A DNA stretch of 64,000 bases, from contig OZ024757.1 in assembly GCA_964016885.1 (NCBI GenBank), positions 10,416,001 through 10,480,000 of the forward strand, in the 5' to 3' direction. The stretch comes from Eledone cirrhosa. Taxonomy: Eukaryota. A program made the translations under genes and the position numbers. The notes beneath the pieces are model-generated. The model was not told the DNA's origin. It searched no databases and was given only the letters and a program-made list of their open reading frames with translations. How positions within the stretch are numbered: position 1 is the first letter of the stretch; every line of letters begins with the position of its first letter. Shown piece after piece: positions 11,911 through 23,900 of the stretch.

Positions 11911-14900
11911 TAAGTCGGGGTAAAGTTAAGTTGGGGTTAAGTTAAGTTGGGGGTAAGTTAATTTGGGGTTAAGTTAAGTTGGGGTTTAGTTAATTTGGGG
12001 TTAAGTCAAGTTGGGGTTAAGTCAAGTTGGGGTTAAGTTAAGTTGGGGTTAAGTTAAGTCGGGGTTAAGTTAAGTTGGGGTTAAGTTAAGTTGGGGTAAG
12101 TTAAGTTGGGGTTAAGTTAAGTTGGGGTTTACTTAAGTTGGGGTTAAGTCAAGTTGGGGTTAAGTCAAGTTGGGGTTAAGTCAAGTTGGGGTTAAGTTCA
12201 GTTGGGGTTAAGTTAAGTTGGGGTTAAATTAAGTTGGGGTTAAGTTAAGTTGGGGTTAAGTTAAGTTGGCGTTAAGTTAAGTTGGGGTTAAGTTAACTTG
12301 GGGTTAAGTTAAGTTGGGGTTAAGTCAAGTTGGGGTTAAATAAAGTTGGGGTTAACTTAAGTTTGGATTAACTTAAGTTGGGTTAACTTAAGTTGGGGTT
12401 AAGTTGGGGTTAACTTAAGTTGGGGTTAAGTTAAGTTGGGGTTAAGTTAAGTTGGGGTTGAGTTAAGTTGGGGTTGAGTTAAGTTGGGGTTGAGTTAAGT
12501 TGGGGTTGATTTAAGTTGGGGTTGAGTTAAGTTGGGGTCGAGTTAAGTTGGGGTTGAGTTAAGTTGGGATTAAGTTAAGTTGGGGTTAAGTTAAGTTGGG
12601 GTTAAGTTAAGTTTGGTTTAAGTTAAGTTGGGGTTAAGTTAAGTTGGGGTTAAGTTAAGTTGGGATTAGGTTAAGTTGGGGTTAAGTTAAGTTGGGGTTA
12701 AGTTAAGTTGTGGTTAACTTAAGTTGGGGTTAAGTTAAGTTGGGGTTAAGTTAAGTTGGGGTTAAGGTAAGTTGGGGTTAAGTTAAGTTGGGGTTAAGTT
12801 AAGTTGGGGTTAAGTTAAGTTGGGGTTAAGTTAAGTTGGGGTTAACTTAAGTTGGGGTTAAGTTGGGGTTAACTTAAGTTGGGGTTAAGTTGGGGTTAAC
12901 TTAAGTTGGGGTTAAGTTAAGTTGGGGTTGAGTTAAGTTGGGGTTGATTTAATTTGGGGTTGAGATAAGTTGGAGTCGAGTTAAGTTGGGGTTGAGTTAA
13001 GTTGGGGTTAAGTTAAGTTGGGGTTAAGTTAAGTTGGAGTTAAGTTAAGTTGGGGTTAAGTTAAGTTGGGGTTAAGTTAAGTCGGAGTTAAGTTAAGTTG
13101 GGGTTAAGTTAAGTTGGGGGTAAGTTAAGTTGTGGTTGAGTTAAGTTGGGGTTGAATTAAGTTGGGGTTGAGTTGGGGTTAAGTTAAGTTGGGGTTAAGT
13201 TAAGTTGGGGTTGAGTTAAGTTGGGGTTGAATTAAGTTGGGGTTGAGTTAAGTTGGAGTTAAGTTCAGTTGGGGTTAAGTTAAGTTGGGGTTACGTTAAG
13301 TCGGGGTTAGGTTAAGTTGGGGTTAAGTTAAGTTGGGGGTAAGTTAAGTTGGGGTTAAGTTAAGTTGGGGTTAAGTTAAGTTGGGGTTAAGTCAAGTTGG
13401 GGTTAAATCAAGTTGGGGTTAACTTAAGTTTGGATTAACTTAAGTTGGGTTAACTTAAGTTGGGGTTAAGTTGGGGTTAAGTTGGGGTTAAGTTAAGTTG
13501 GGGTTAAGTTAAGTTGGGGTTAAGTTAAGTTGGGGGTAACTTAAGTTGGGGTTAAGTTAAGTTGGGGTTAAGTTAAGTTGGGGTTAAGTTAAGTTGGGGT
13601 TAAGTTAAGTTGGGGTTAAGTTAAGTTGGGGTTAAGTAAAGTTGGGGTTGAGTTAATTTGGGGTTGAATTAAGTTGGGGTTAAGTTAAGTTGGGGTTAAG
13701 TCAAGTTGGGGTTAAATCAAGTTGGGGTTAACTTAAGTTTGGATTAACTTAAGTTGGGTTAACTTAAGTTGGGGTTAAGTTGGGGTTAAGTTGGGGTTAA
13801 GTTAAGTTGTGGTTAAGTTAAGTTGGGGTTAAGTTAAGTTGGGGTTAAGTTAAGTTGGGGTTAAGTTAAGTTGGGGTTAAGTTAAGTTGGGGTAAGTTAA
13901 GTTGGGGTTAAGTTAAGTTGGGGTTTACTTAAGTTGGGGTTAAGTCAAGTTGGGGTTAAGTCAAGTTGGGGTTAAGTCAAGTTGGGGTTAAGTTAAGTTG
14001 GGGTTAAGTTAAGTTGGGGTTAATTTAAGTTGGGATTAAGTTAAGTTGGGGTTAAGTTAAGTTGGCGTTAAGTTAAGTTGGGGTTAAGTTAAGTTGGGGT
14101 TAAGTTAAGATGGGGTTAAGTCAAGTTGGGGTTAAATCAAGTTGGGGTTAACTTAAGTTTGGATTAACTTAAGTTGGGTTAACTTAAGTTGGGTTTAAGT
14201 TGGGGTTAACTTAAGTTGGGGTTAAGTTAAGTTGGGGTTAAGTTAAGTTGGGGTTGAGTTAAGTTGGGGTTGAGTTAAGTTGGGGTTGAGTTAAGTTGGG
14301 GTTGATTTAAGTTTGGGTTGAGTTAAGTTGGGGTCGAGTTAAGTTGGGGTTGAGTTAAGTTGGGGTTAGGTTAAGTTGGGGATAAGTTAAGTTTGGTTTA
14401 AGTTAAGTTGGGGTTAAGTTAAGTTGGGGTTAAGTTAAGTTGGGATTAGGTTAAGTTGGGGTTAAGTTAAGTTGGGGTTAAGTTAAGTTGTGGCTAAGTT
14501 AAGTTGGGGTTAAGTTAAGTTGGGGTTAAGTTAAGTTGGGGTTAAGTTAAGTTGGAGTTCAGTTAAGTTGGGGTTAAGTTAAGTTGGGGGTAAGTTAATT
14601 TGGGGTTAAGTTAAGTTGGGGTTTAGTTAATTTTGGGTTAAGTCAAGTTGGGGTTAAGTCAAGTTGGGGTTAAGTTAAGTTGGGGTTAAGTTAAGTCGCG
14701 GTTAAGTTAAGTTGGGGTTAAGTTAAGTTGGGGTAAGTTAAGTTGGGGTTAAGTTAAGTTGGGGTTTACTTAAGTTGGGGTTAAGTCAAGTTGGGGTTAA
14801 GTCAAGTTGGGGTTAAGTCAAGTTGGGGTTAAGTTAAGTTGGGGTTAAGTTAAGTTGGGGTTAAATTAAGTTGGGGTTAAGTTAAGTTGGGGTTAAGTTA

Positions 14901-17900
14901 AGTTTGCGTTAAGTTAAGTTGGGGTTAAGTTAACTTGGGGTTAAGTTAAGTTGGGGTTAAGTTAAGTTGGGGTTAAGTCAAGTTGGGGTTAAATCAAGTT
15001 GGGGTTAACTTAAGTTTGGATTAACTTAAGTTGGGTTAACTTAAGTTGGGGTTAAGTTGGGGTTAACTTAAGTTGGGGTTAAGTTAAGTTGGGGTTAAGT
15101 TAAGTTGGGGTTGAGTTAAGTTGGGGTTGAGTTAAGTTGGGGTTGAGTTAAGTTGGGGTTGATTTAAGTTGGGGTTGAGTTAAGTTGGGGTCGAGTTAAG
15201 TTGGGGTTGAGTTAAGTTGGGGTTGAGGTAAGTTGGGGTTAAGTTAAGTTGGGATTAGGTTAAGTTGGGGTTAAGTTAAGTTGGGGTTAAGTTAAGTTGT
15301 GGTTAATTTAAGTTGGGGTTAAGTTAAGTTGGGGTTAAGTTAAGTTGGTGTTAAGGTAAGTTGGGGTTAAGTTAAGTTGGGGTTAAGTTAAGTTGGGGTT
15401 AAGTTAAGTTGGGGTTAACTTAAGTTGGGGTTAACTTAAGTTGGGGTTAAGTTGGGGTTAACTTAAGTTGGGGTTAAGTTGGGGTTAACTTAAGTTGGGG
15501 TTAAGTTAAGTTGGGGTTGAGTTAAGTTGGGGTTGATTTAAGTTGGGGTTGAGTTAAGTTGGAGTCGAGTTAAGTTGGGGTTGAGTTAAGTTGGGGTTAA
15601 ATTAAGTTGGGGTTAAGTTAAGTTGGAGTTAAGTTAAGTTGGGGTTAAGTTAAGTTGGGGTTAAGTTAAGTTGGCGTTAAATTAAATTGGGGTTAAGTTA
15701 AGTTGGGGTTACGTTAAGTTGGGGTTAAGTTAAGTTGGGGTTAAGTCAAGTTGGGGTTAAATCAAGTTGGGGTTAACTTAAGTTTGGATTAACTTAAGTT
15801 GGGTTAACTTAAGTTGGGGTTAAGTTGGGCTTAACTTAAGTTGGGGTTAAGTTAAGTTGGGGTTGAGTTAAGTTGGGGTTGAGTTAAGTTGGGGTTGAGT
15901 TAAGTTGGGGTTAAGTTAAGTTGGGGTTAAGTTAAGTTGGGGTTAAGTTAAGTTTGGTTTAAGTTAAGTTGGGGTTAAGTTAAGTTGGGGTTAAGTTAAG
16001 TTGGGATTAGGTTAAGTTGGGGTTAAGTTAAGTTGGGGTTAAGTTAAGTTGTGGTTAAGTTAAGTTGGGGTTAAGTTAAGTTGGGGTTAAGTTAAGTTGG
16101 GGTTTAGTTAATTTGGGGTTAAGTTAAGTTGGGGTTAAGTTAAGTTGGGGTTAAGTTAAGTTGGGGTTAACTTAAGTTGGGGTTAACTTAAGTTGGGGTT
16201 AAGTTGGGGTTAACTTAAGTTGGGGTTATTTTGGGGTTAACTTAAGTTGGGGTTAAGTTAAGTTGGGGTTGAGTTAAGTTGGGGTTGATTTAATTTGGGG
16301 TTGAGATAAGTTGGAGTCGAGTTAAGTTGGGGTTGAGTTAAGTTGGGGTTAAGTTAAGTTGGGGTTAAGTTAAGTTGGAGTTAAGTTAAGTTGGGGTTAA
16401 GTTAAGTTGGGGTTAAGTTAAGTCGGAGTTAAGTTAAGTTGGGGTTAAGTTAAGTTGGGGGTAAGTTAAGTTGTGGTTGAGTTAAGTTGGGGTTGAATTA
16501 AGTTGGGGTTGAGTTGGGGTTAAGTTAAGTTGGGGTTAAGTTAAGTTGGGGTTGAGTTAAGTTGGGGTTGAATTAAGTTGGGGTTGAGTTAAGTTGGAGT
16601 TAAGTTCAGTTGGGGTTAAGTTAAGTTGGGGTTACGTTAAGTCGGGGTTAAGTTAAGTTGGGGTTAAGTTAAGTTGGGGGTAAGTTAAGTTGGGGTTAAG
16701 TTAAGTTGGGGTTTAGTTAAGTTGGGGTTAAGTTAAGTTGGCGTTAAGTTAAGTTGGGGTTAAGTTAAGTTGGCGCTAAATTAAGTTGGGGTTAAGTTAA
16801 GTTGGGGTTACGTTAAGTTGGGGATAAGTTAAGTTGGGGTTAAGTCAAGTTGGGGTTAAATCAAGTTGGGGTTAACTTAAGTTTGGATTAACTTAAGTTG
16901 GGTTAACTTAAGTTGGGATTAAGTTGGGGTTAACTTAAGTTGGGGTTAAGTTAAGTTGGGATTAGATTAAGTAGGAGTTAAGTTAAGTTGGGGTTAAGTT
17001 AAGTTGTGGTTAAGTTAAGTTGGGGTTAAGTTAAGTTGGGGTTAAGTTAAGTTGGGGTTAACTTAAGTTGGAGTTAAGTTAAGTTGGGGTTAAGTTAAGT
17101 TGAGGCTAAGTTAAGTTGGGGCTGAGTTAACTTGGGGTGAAGTTAAGTTGGGGTTAAGTTAAGTTGGGGTTAAGGTAAGTTGGGGTTAAGTTAAGTTGGG
17201 GTTAAATTAAGTTGGGGTTAAGTTAAGTTGGGGTTAACTTAAGTTGGGGTTAAGTTGGGCTTAACTTAAGTTGGGGTTAAGTTAAGTTGGGGTTGAGTTA
17301 AGTTGGGGTTGAGTTAAGTTGGGGTTGAGTTAAGTTGGGGTTGAGTTAAGTTGGGGTCGAGTTAAGTTGGGGTTGACTTAAGTTGGGGTTAAGTTAAGTT
17401 GGGGTTAAGTTAAGTTGGGGTTAAGTTAAGTTGGGATTAGATTAAGTAGGAGTTAAGTTAAGTTGGGGTTAAGTTAAGTCGGAGTAAAGTTAAGTTGGGG
17501 TTAAGTTAAGTTGGGGGTAAGTTAAGTTGTGGTTAAGTTAAGTTGGGGTTAAGTTGGGGTTAAGTTAAGTTGGGGTTGAGTTAAGTTGGGGTTGAATTAA
17601 GTTGGGATTGAGTTAAGTTGGAGTTAAGTTAAGTTGGGGTTAAGTTAAGTTGGGGTTAAGTTAAGTTGGCGTTAAATTAAGTTGGGGTTAAGTTAAGTTA
17701 GGGTTACGTTAAGTTGGGGTTAAGTTAAGTTGGGGTTAAGTCAAGTTGGGGTTAAATCAAGTTGGGGTTAACTTAAGTTTGGATTAACTTAAGTTGGGTT
17801 AACTTAAGTTGGGATTAAGTTGGGGTTAACTTAAGTTGGGGTTAAGTTAAGTTGGGGTTGAGTTAAGTTGGGGTTGAGTTAAGTTGGGGTTGAGTTAAGT

Positions 17901-20900
17901 TGGGGTTAAGTTAAGTTGGGGTTAAGTTAAGTTGGGGTTAAGTTAAGTTGGGATTAGATTAAGTAGGAGTTAAGTTAAGTTGGGGTTAAGTTAAGTTGTG
18001 GTTAAGTTATGTTGGGGTTAAGTTAAGTTGGGGTTAAGTTAAGTTGGGGTTAACTTAAGTTGGAGTTAAGTTAAGTTGGGGTTAAGTTAAGTTGAGGCTA
18101 AGTTAAGTTGGGGCTGAGTTAACTTGGGGTTAAGTTAAGTTGGGGTTAAGTTAAGTTGGGGTTAAGGTAAGTTGGGGTTAAGTTAAGTTGGGGTTAACTT
18201 AAGTTGGGGTTAACTTAAGTTGGGGTTAAGTTGGGGTTAACTTAAGTTGGGGTTAAGTTAAGTTGGGGTTGAGTTAAGTTGGAGTTAAGTTAAGTTGGGG
18301 TTAATTTAAGTTGGGGTTAAGTTAAGTTGGGGTTAAGTTAAGTTGGGGTTAACTTAAGTTGGAGTTAAGTTAAGTTGGGGTTAAGTTAAGTTGAGGCTAA
18401 GTTAAGTTGGGGCTGAGTTAACTTGGGGTGAAGTTAAGTTGGGGTTAAGTTAAGTTGGGGTTAAGGTAAGTTGGGGTTAAGTTAAGTTGGGGTTAAGTTA
18501 AGTTGGGGTTAAGTTAAGTTGGGGTTAACTTAAGTTGGGGTTAAGTTGGGGTTAACTTAAGTTGGGGTTAATTTAAGTTGGGGTTGAGTTAAGTTGGGGT
18601 TGATTTCAGTTTGGGTTGAGTTAAGTTGGGGTCGAGTTAAGTTGGGGTTGTGTTAAGTGGGGGTTAAGTTAAGTTGGGGTTAAGTTAAGTTGGGGTTGAG
18701 TTAAGTTGATATCGAGGTAAGTTGGGGTTGAGTTAAGTTGGGGTTAATTTAAGTTTGGTTTAAGTTAAGTTGGGGTTAAGTTAAGTTGGGGTTAAGTTAA
18801 GGTGGGATTAGGTTAAGTTGGGGTTAAGTTAAGTTGGGGTTAAGTTAAGTTGTAGTTAAGTTAAGTTGGGGTTAAGTTAAGTTGGGGTTAAGTTAAGTTG
18901 GGGTTAAGGTAAGTTGGGGTTAAGTCAAGTTGGGGTTAAGTTAAGTTGGGGTTAAGTTAAGTTGGGGTTAACTTAAGTTGGGGTTAACTTAAGTTGGGGT
19001 TAAGTTGGGGTTTACTTAAGTTGGGGTTAAGTTGGGGTTAACTTAAGTTGGGGTTAAGTTAAGTTGGAGTCGAGTTAAGTTGGGGTTGAGTTAAGTTGGG
19101 GTTAAGTTAAGTTGGGGTTAAGTTAAGTTGGAGTTAAGTTAAGTTGGGGTTAAGTTAAGTTGGGGTTAAGTTAAGTCGGAGTTAAGTTAACTTGGGGTTA
19201 AGTTAAGTTGGGGGTAAGTTAAGTTGTGGTTAAGTTAAGTTGGGGTTAAGTTGGGGTTAAGTTAAGTTGGGGTTAAGTTAAGTGGGGTTGAGTTAAGTTG
19301 GAGTTAAGTTAAGTTGGGGTTAATTTAAGTTGGGGTTAAGTTAAGTCGGGGTAAAGTTAAGTTGGGGTTAAGTTAAGTTGGGGGTAAGTTAATTTGTGGT
19401 TAAGTTAAGTTGGGGTTTAGTTAATTTGGGGTTAAGTCAAGTTGGGGTTAAGTCAAGTTGGGGTTAAGTTAAGTTGGGGTTAAGTTAAGTCGGGGTTAAG
19501 TTAAGTTGGGGTTAAGTTAAGTTGGGGTAAGTTAAGTTGGGGTTAAGTTAAGTTGGGGTTTACTTAAGTTGGGGTTAAGTCAAGTTGGGGTTAAGTCAAG
19601 TTGGGGTTAAGTCAAGTTGGGCTTAAGTTAAGTTGGGGTTGAGTTAAGTTGGGGTTGATTTAAGTTGGGGTTGAGTTAAGTTGGGGTCGAGTTAAGTTGG
19701 GGTTGAGTTAAGTTGGGGTTGAGGTAAGTTGGGGTTAAGTTAAGTTGGGGTTAAGTTAAGTTTGGTTTAAGTTAAGTTGGGGTTAAGTTAAGTTGGGGTT
19801 AAGTTAAGTTGGGATTAGGTTAAGTTGGGGTTAAGTTAAGTTGGGGTTAAGTTAAGTTGTGGTTAATTTAAGTTGGGGTGAAGTTAAGTTGGGGTTAAGT
19901 TAAGTTGGTGTTAAGGTAAGTTGGGGTTAAGTTAAGTTGGGGTTAAGTTAAGTTGGGGTTAAGTTAAGTTGGGGTTAACTTAAGTTGGGGTTAACTTAAG
20001 TTGGGGTTAAGTTGGGGTTAACTTAAGTTGGGGTTAAGTTGGGGTTAACTTAAGTTGGGGTTAAGTTAAGTTGGGGTTGAGTTAAGTTGGGGTTGATTTA
20101 AGTTGGGGTTGAGTTAAGTTGGAGTCGAGTTAAGTTGGGGTTGAGTTAAGTTGGGGTTAAATTAAGTTGGGGTTAAGTTAAGTTGGAGTTAAGTTAAGTT
20201 GGGGTTAAGTTAAGTTGGGGTTAAGTTAAGTTGGCGTTAAATTAAATTGGGGTTAAGTTAAGTTGGGGTTACGTTAAGTTGGGGTTAAGTTAAGTTGGGG
20301 TTAAGTCAAGTTGGGGTTAAATCAAGTTGGGGTTAACTTAAGTTTGGATTAACTTAAGTTGGGTTAACTTAAGTTGGGGTTAAGTTGGGCTTAACTTAAG
20401 TTGGGGTTAAGTTAAGTTGGGGTTGAGTTAAGTTGGGGTTGAGTTAAGTTGGGGTTGAGTTAAGTTGGGGTTGAGTTAAGTTGGGGTCGAGTTAAGTTGG
20501 GGTTGACTTAAGTTGGGGTTAAGTTAAGTTGGGGTTAAGTTAAGTTGGGGTTAAGTTAAGTTGGGATTAGATTAAGTAGGAGTTAAGTTAAGTTGGGGTT
20601 AAGTTAAGTCGGAGTAAAGTTAAGTTGGGGTTAAGTTAAGTTGGGGGTAAGTTAAGTTGTGGTTAAGTTAAGTTGGGGTTAAGTTGGGGTTAAGTTAAGT
20701 TGGGGTTGAGTTAAGTTGGGGTTGAATTAAGTTGGGATTGAGTTAAGTTGGAGTTAAGTTAAGTTGGGGTTAAGTTAAGTTGGGGTTAAGTTAAGTTGGC
20801 GTTAAATTAAGTTGGGGTTAAGTTAAGTTGGGGTTACGTTAAGTTGGGGTTAAGTTAAGTTGGGGTTAAGTCAAGTTGGGGTTAAATCAAGTTGGGGTTA

Positions 20901-23900
20901 ACTTAAGTTTGGATTAACTTAAGTTGGGTTAACTTAAGTTGGGATTAAGTTGGGGTTAACTTAAGTTGGGGTTAAGTTAAGTTGGGGTTGAGTTAAGTTG
21001 GGGTTGAGTTAAGTTGGGGTTGAGTTAAGTTGGGGTTAAGTTAAGTTGGGGTTAAGTTAAGTTGGGGTTAAGTTAAGTTGGGATTAGATTAAGTAGGAGT
21101 TAAGTTAAGTTGGGGTTAAGTTAAGTTGTGGTTAAGTTATGTTGGGGTTAAGTTAAGTTGGGGTTAAGTTAAGTTGGGGTTAACTTAAGTTGGAGTTAAG
21201 TTAAGTTGGGGTTAAGTTAAGTTGAGGCTAAGTTAAGTTGGGGCTGAGTTAACTTGGGGTTAAGTTAAGTTGGGGTTAAGTTAAGTTGGGGTTAAGGTAA
21301 GTTGGGGTTAAGTTAAGTTGGGGTTAACTTAAGTTGGGGTTAACTTAAGTTGGGGTTAAGTTGGGGTTAACTTAAGTTGGGGTTAAGTTAAGTTGGGGTT
21401 GAGTTAAGTTGGAGTTAAGTTAAGTTGGGGTTAATTTAAGTTGGGGTTAAGTTAAGTCGGGGTAAAGTTAAGTTGGGGTTAAGTTAAGTTGGGGGTAAGT
21501 TAATTTGGGGTTAAGTTAAGTTGGGGTTTAGTTAATTTGGGGTTAAGTCAAGTTGGGGTTAAGTCAAGTTGGGGTTAAGTTAAGTTGGGGTTAAGTTAAG
21601 TCGGGGTTAAGTTAAGTTGGGGTTAAGTTAAGTTGGGGTAAGTTAAGTTGGGGTTAAGTTAAGTTGGGGTTTACTTAAGTTGGGGTTAAGTCAAGTTGGG
21701 GTTAAGTCAAGTTGGGGTTAAGTCAAGTTGGGGTTAAGTTCAGTTGGGGTTAAGTTAAGTTGGGGTTAAATTAAGTTGGGGTTAAGTTAAGTTGGGGTTA
21801 AGTTAAGTTGGCGTTAAGTTAAGTTGGGGTTAAGTTAACTTGGGGTTAAGTTAAGTTGGGGTTAAGTTAAGTTGGGGTTAAGTCAAGTTGGGGTTAAATA
21901 AAGTTGGGGTTAACTTAAGTTTGGATTAACTTAAGTTGGGTTAACTTAAGTTGGGGTTAAGTTGGGGTTAACTTAAGTTGGGGTTAAGTTAAGTTGGGGT
22001 TAAGTTAAGTTGGGGTTGAGTTAAGTTGGGGTTGAGTTAAGTTGGGGTTGAGTTAAGTTGGGGTTGATTTAAGTTGGGGTTGAGTTAAGTTGGGGTCGAG
22101 TTAAGTTGGGGTTGAGTTAAGTTGGGATTAAGTTAAGTTGGGGTTAAGTTAAGTTGGGGTTAAGTTAAGTTTGGTTTAAGTTAAGTTGGGGTTAAGTTAA
22201 GTTGGGGTTAAGTTAAGTTGGGATTAGGTTAAGTTGGGGTTAAGTTAAGTTGGGGTTAAGTTAAGTTGTGGTTAACTTAAGTTGGGGTTAAGTTAAGTTG
22301 GGGTTAAGTTAAGTTGGGGTTAAGGTAAGTTGGGGTTAAGTTAAGTTGGGGTTAAGTTAAGTTGGGGTTAAGTTAAGTTGGGGTTAAGTTAAGTTGGGGT
22401 TAACTTAAGTTGGGGTTAAGTTGGGGTTAACTTAAGTTGGGGTTAAGTTGGGGTTAACTTAAGTTGGGGTTAAGTTAAGTTGGGGTTGAGTTAAGTTGGG
22501 GTTGATTTAATTTGGGGTTGAGATAAGTTGGAGTCGAGTTAAGTTGGGGTTGAGTTAAGTTGGGGTTAAGTTAAGTTGGGGTTAAGTTAAGTTGGAGTTA
22601 AGTTAAGTTGGGGTTAAGTTAAGTTGGGGTTAAGTTAAGTCGGAGTTAAGTTAAGTTGGGGTTAAGTTAAGTTGGGGGTAAGTTAAGTTGTGGTTGAGTT
22701 AAGTTGGGGTTGAATTAAGTTGGGGTTGAGTTGGGGTTAAGTTAAGTTGGGGTTAAGTTAAGTTGGGGTTGAGTTAAGTTGGGGTTGAATTAAGTTGGGG
22801 TTGAGTTAAGTTGGAGTTAAGTTCAGTTGGGGTTAAGTTAAGTTGGGGTTACGTTAAGTCGGGGTTAGGTTAAGTTGGGGTTAAGTTAAGTTGGGGGTAA
22901 GTTAAGTTGGGGTTAAGTTAAGTTGGGGTTAAGTTAAGTTGGGGTTAAGTCAAGTTGGGGTTAAATCAAGTTGGGGTTAACTTAAGTTTGGATTAACTTA
23001 AGTTGGGTTAACTTAAGTTGGGGTTAAGTTGGGGTTAAGTTGGGGTTAAGTTAAGTTGGGGTTAAGTTAAGTTGGGGTTAAGTTAAGTTGGGGGTAACTT
23101 AAGTTGGGGTTAAGTTAAGTTGGGGTTAAGTTAAGTTGGGGTTAAGTTAAGTTGGGGTTAAGTTAAGTTGGGGTTAAGTTAAGTTGGGGTTAAGTAAAGT
23201 TGGGGTTGAGTTAATTTGGGGTTGAATTAAGTTGGGGTTAAGTTAAGTTGGGGTTAAGTCAAGTTGGGGTTAAATCAAGTTGGGGTTAACTTAAGTTTGG
23301 ATTAACTTAAGTTGGGTTAACTTAAGTTGGGGTTAAGTTGGGGTTAAGTTGGGGTTAAGTTAAGTTGTGGTTAAGTTAAGTTGGGGTTAAGTTAAGTTGG
23401 GGTTAAGTTAAGTTGGGGTTAAGTTAAGTTGGGGTTAAGTTAAGTTGGGGTAAGTTAAGTTGGGGTTAAGTTAAGTTGGGGTTTACTTAAGTTGGGGTTA
23501 AGTCAAGTTGGGGTTAAGTCAAGTTGGGGTTAAGTCAAGTTGGGGTTAAGTTAAGTTGGGGTTAAGTTAAGTTGGGGTTAATTTAAGTTGGGATTAAGTT
23601 AAGTTGGGGTTAAGTTAAGTTGGCGTTAAGTTAAGTTGGGGTTAAGTTAAGTTGGGGTTAAGTTAAGATGGGGTTAAGTCAAGTTGGGGTTAAATCAAGT
23701 TGGGGTTAACTTAAGTTTGGATTAACTTAAGTTGGGTTAACTTAAGTTGGGTTTAAGTTGGGGTTAACTTAAGTTGGGGTTAAGTTAAGTTGGGGTTAAG
23801 TTAAGTTGGGGTTGAGTTAAGTTGGGGTTGAGTTAAGTTGGGGTTGAGTTAAGTTGGGGTTGATTTAAGTTTGGGTTGAGTTAAGTTGGGGTCGAGTTAA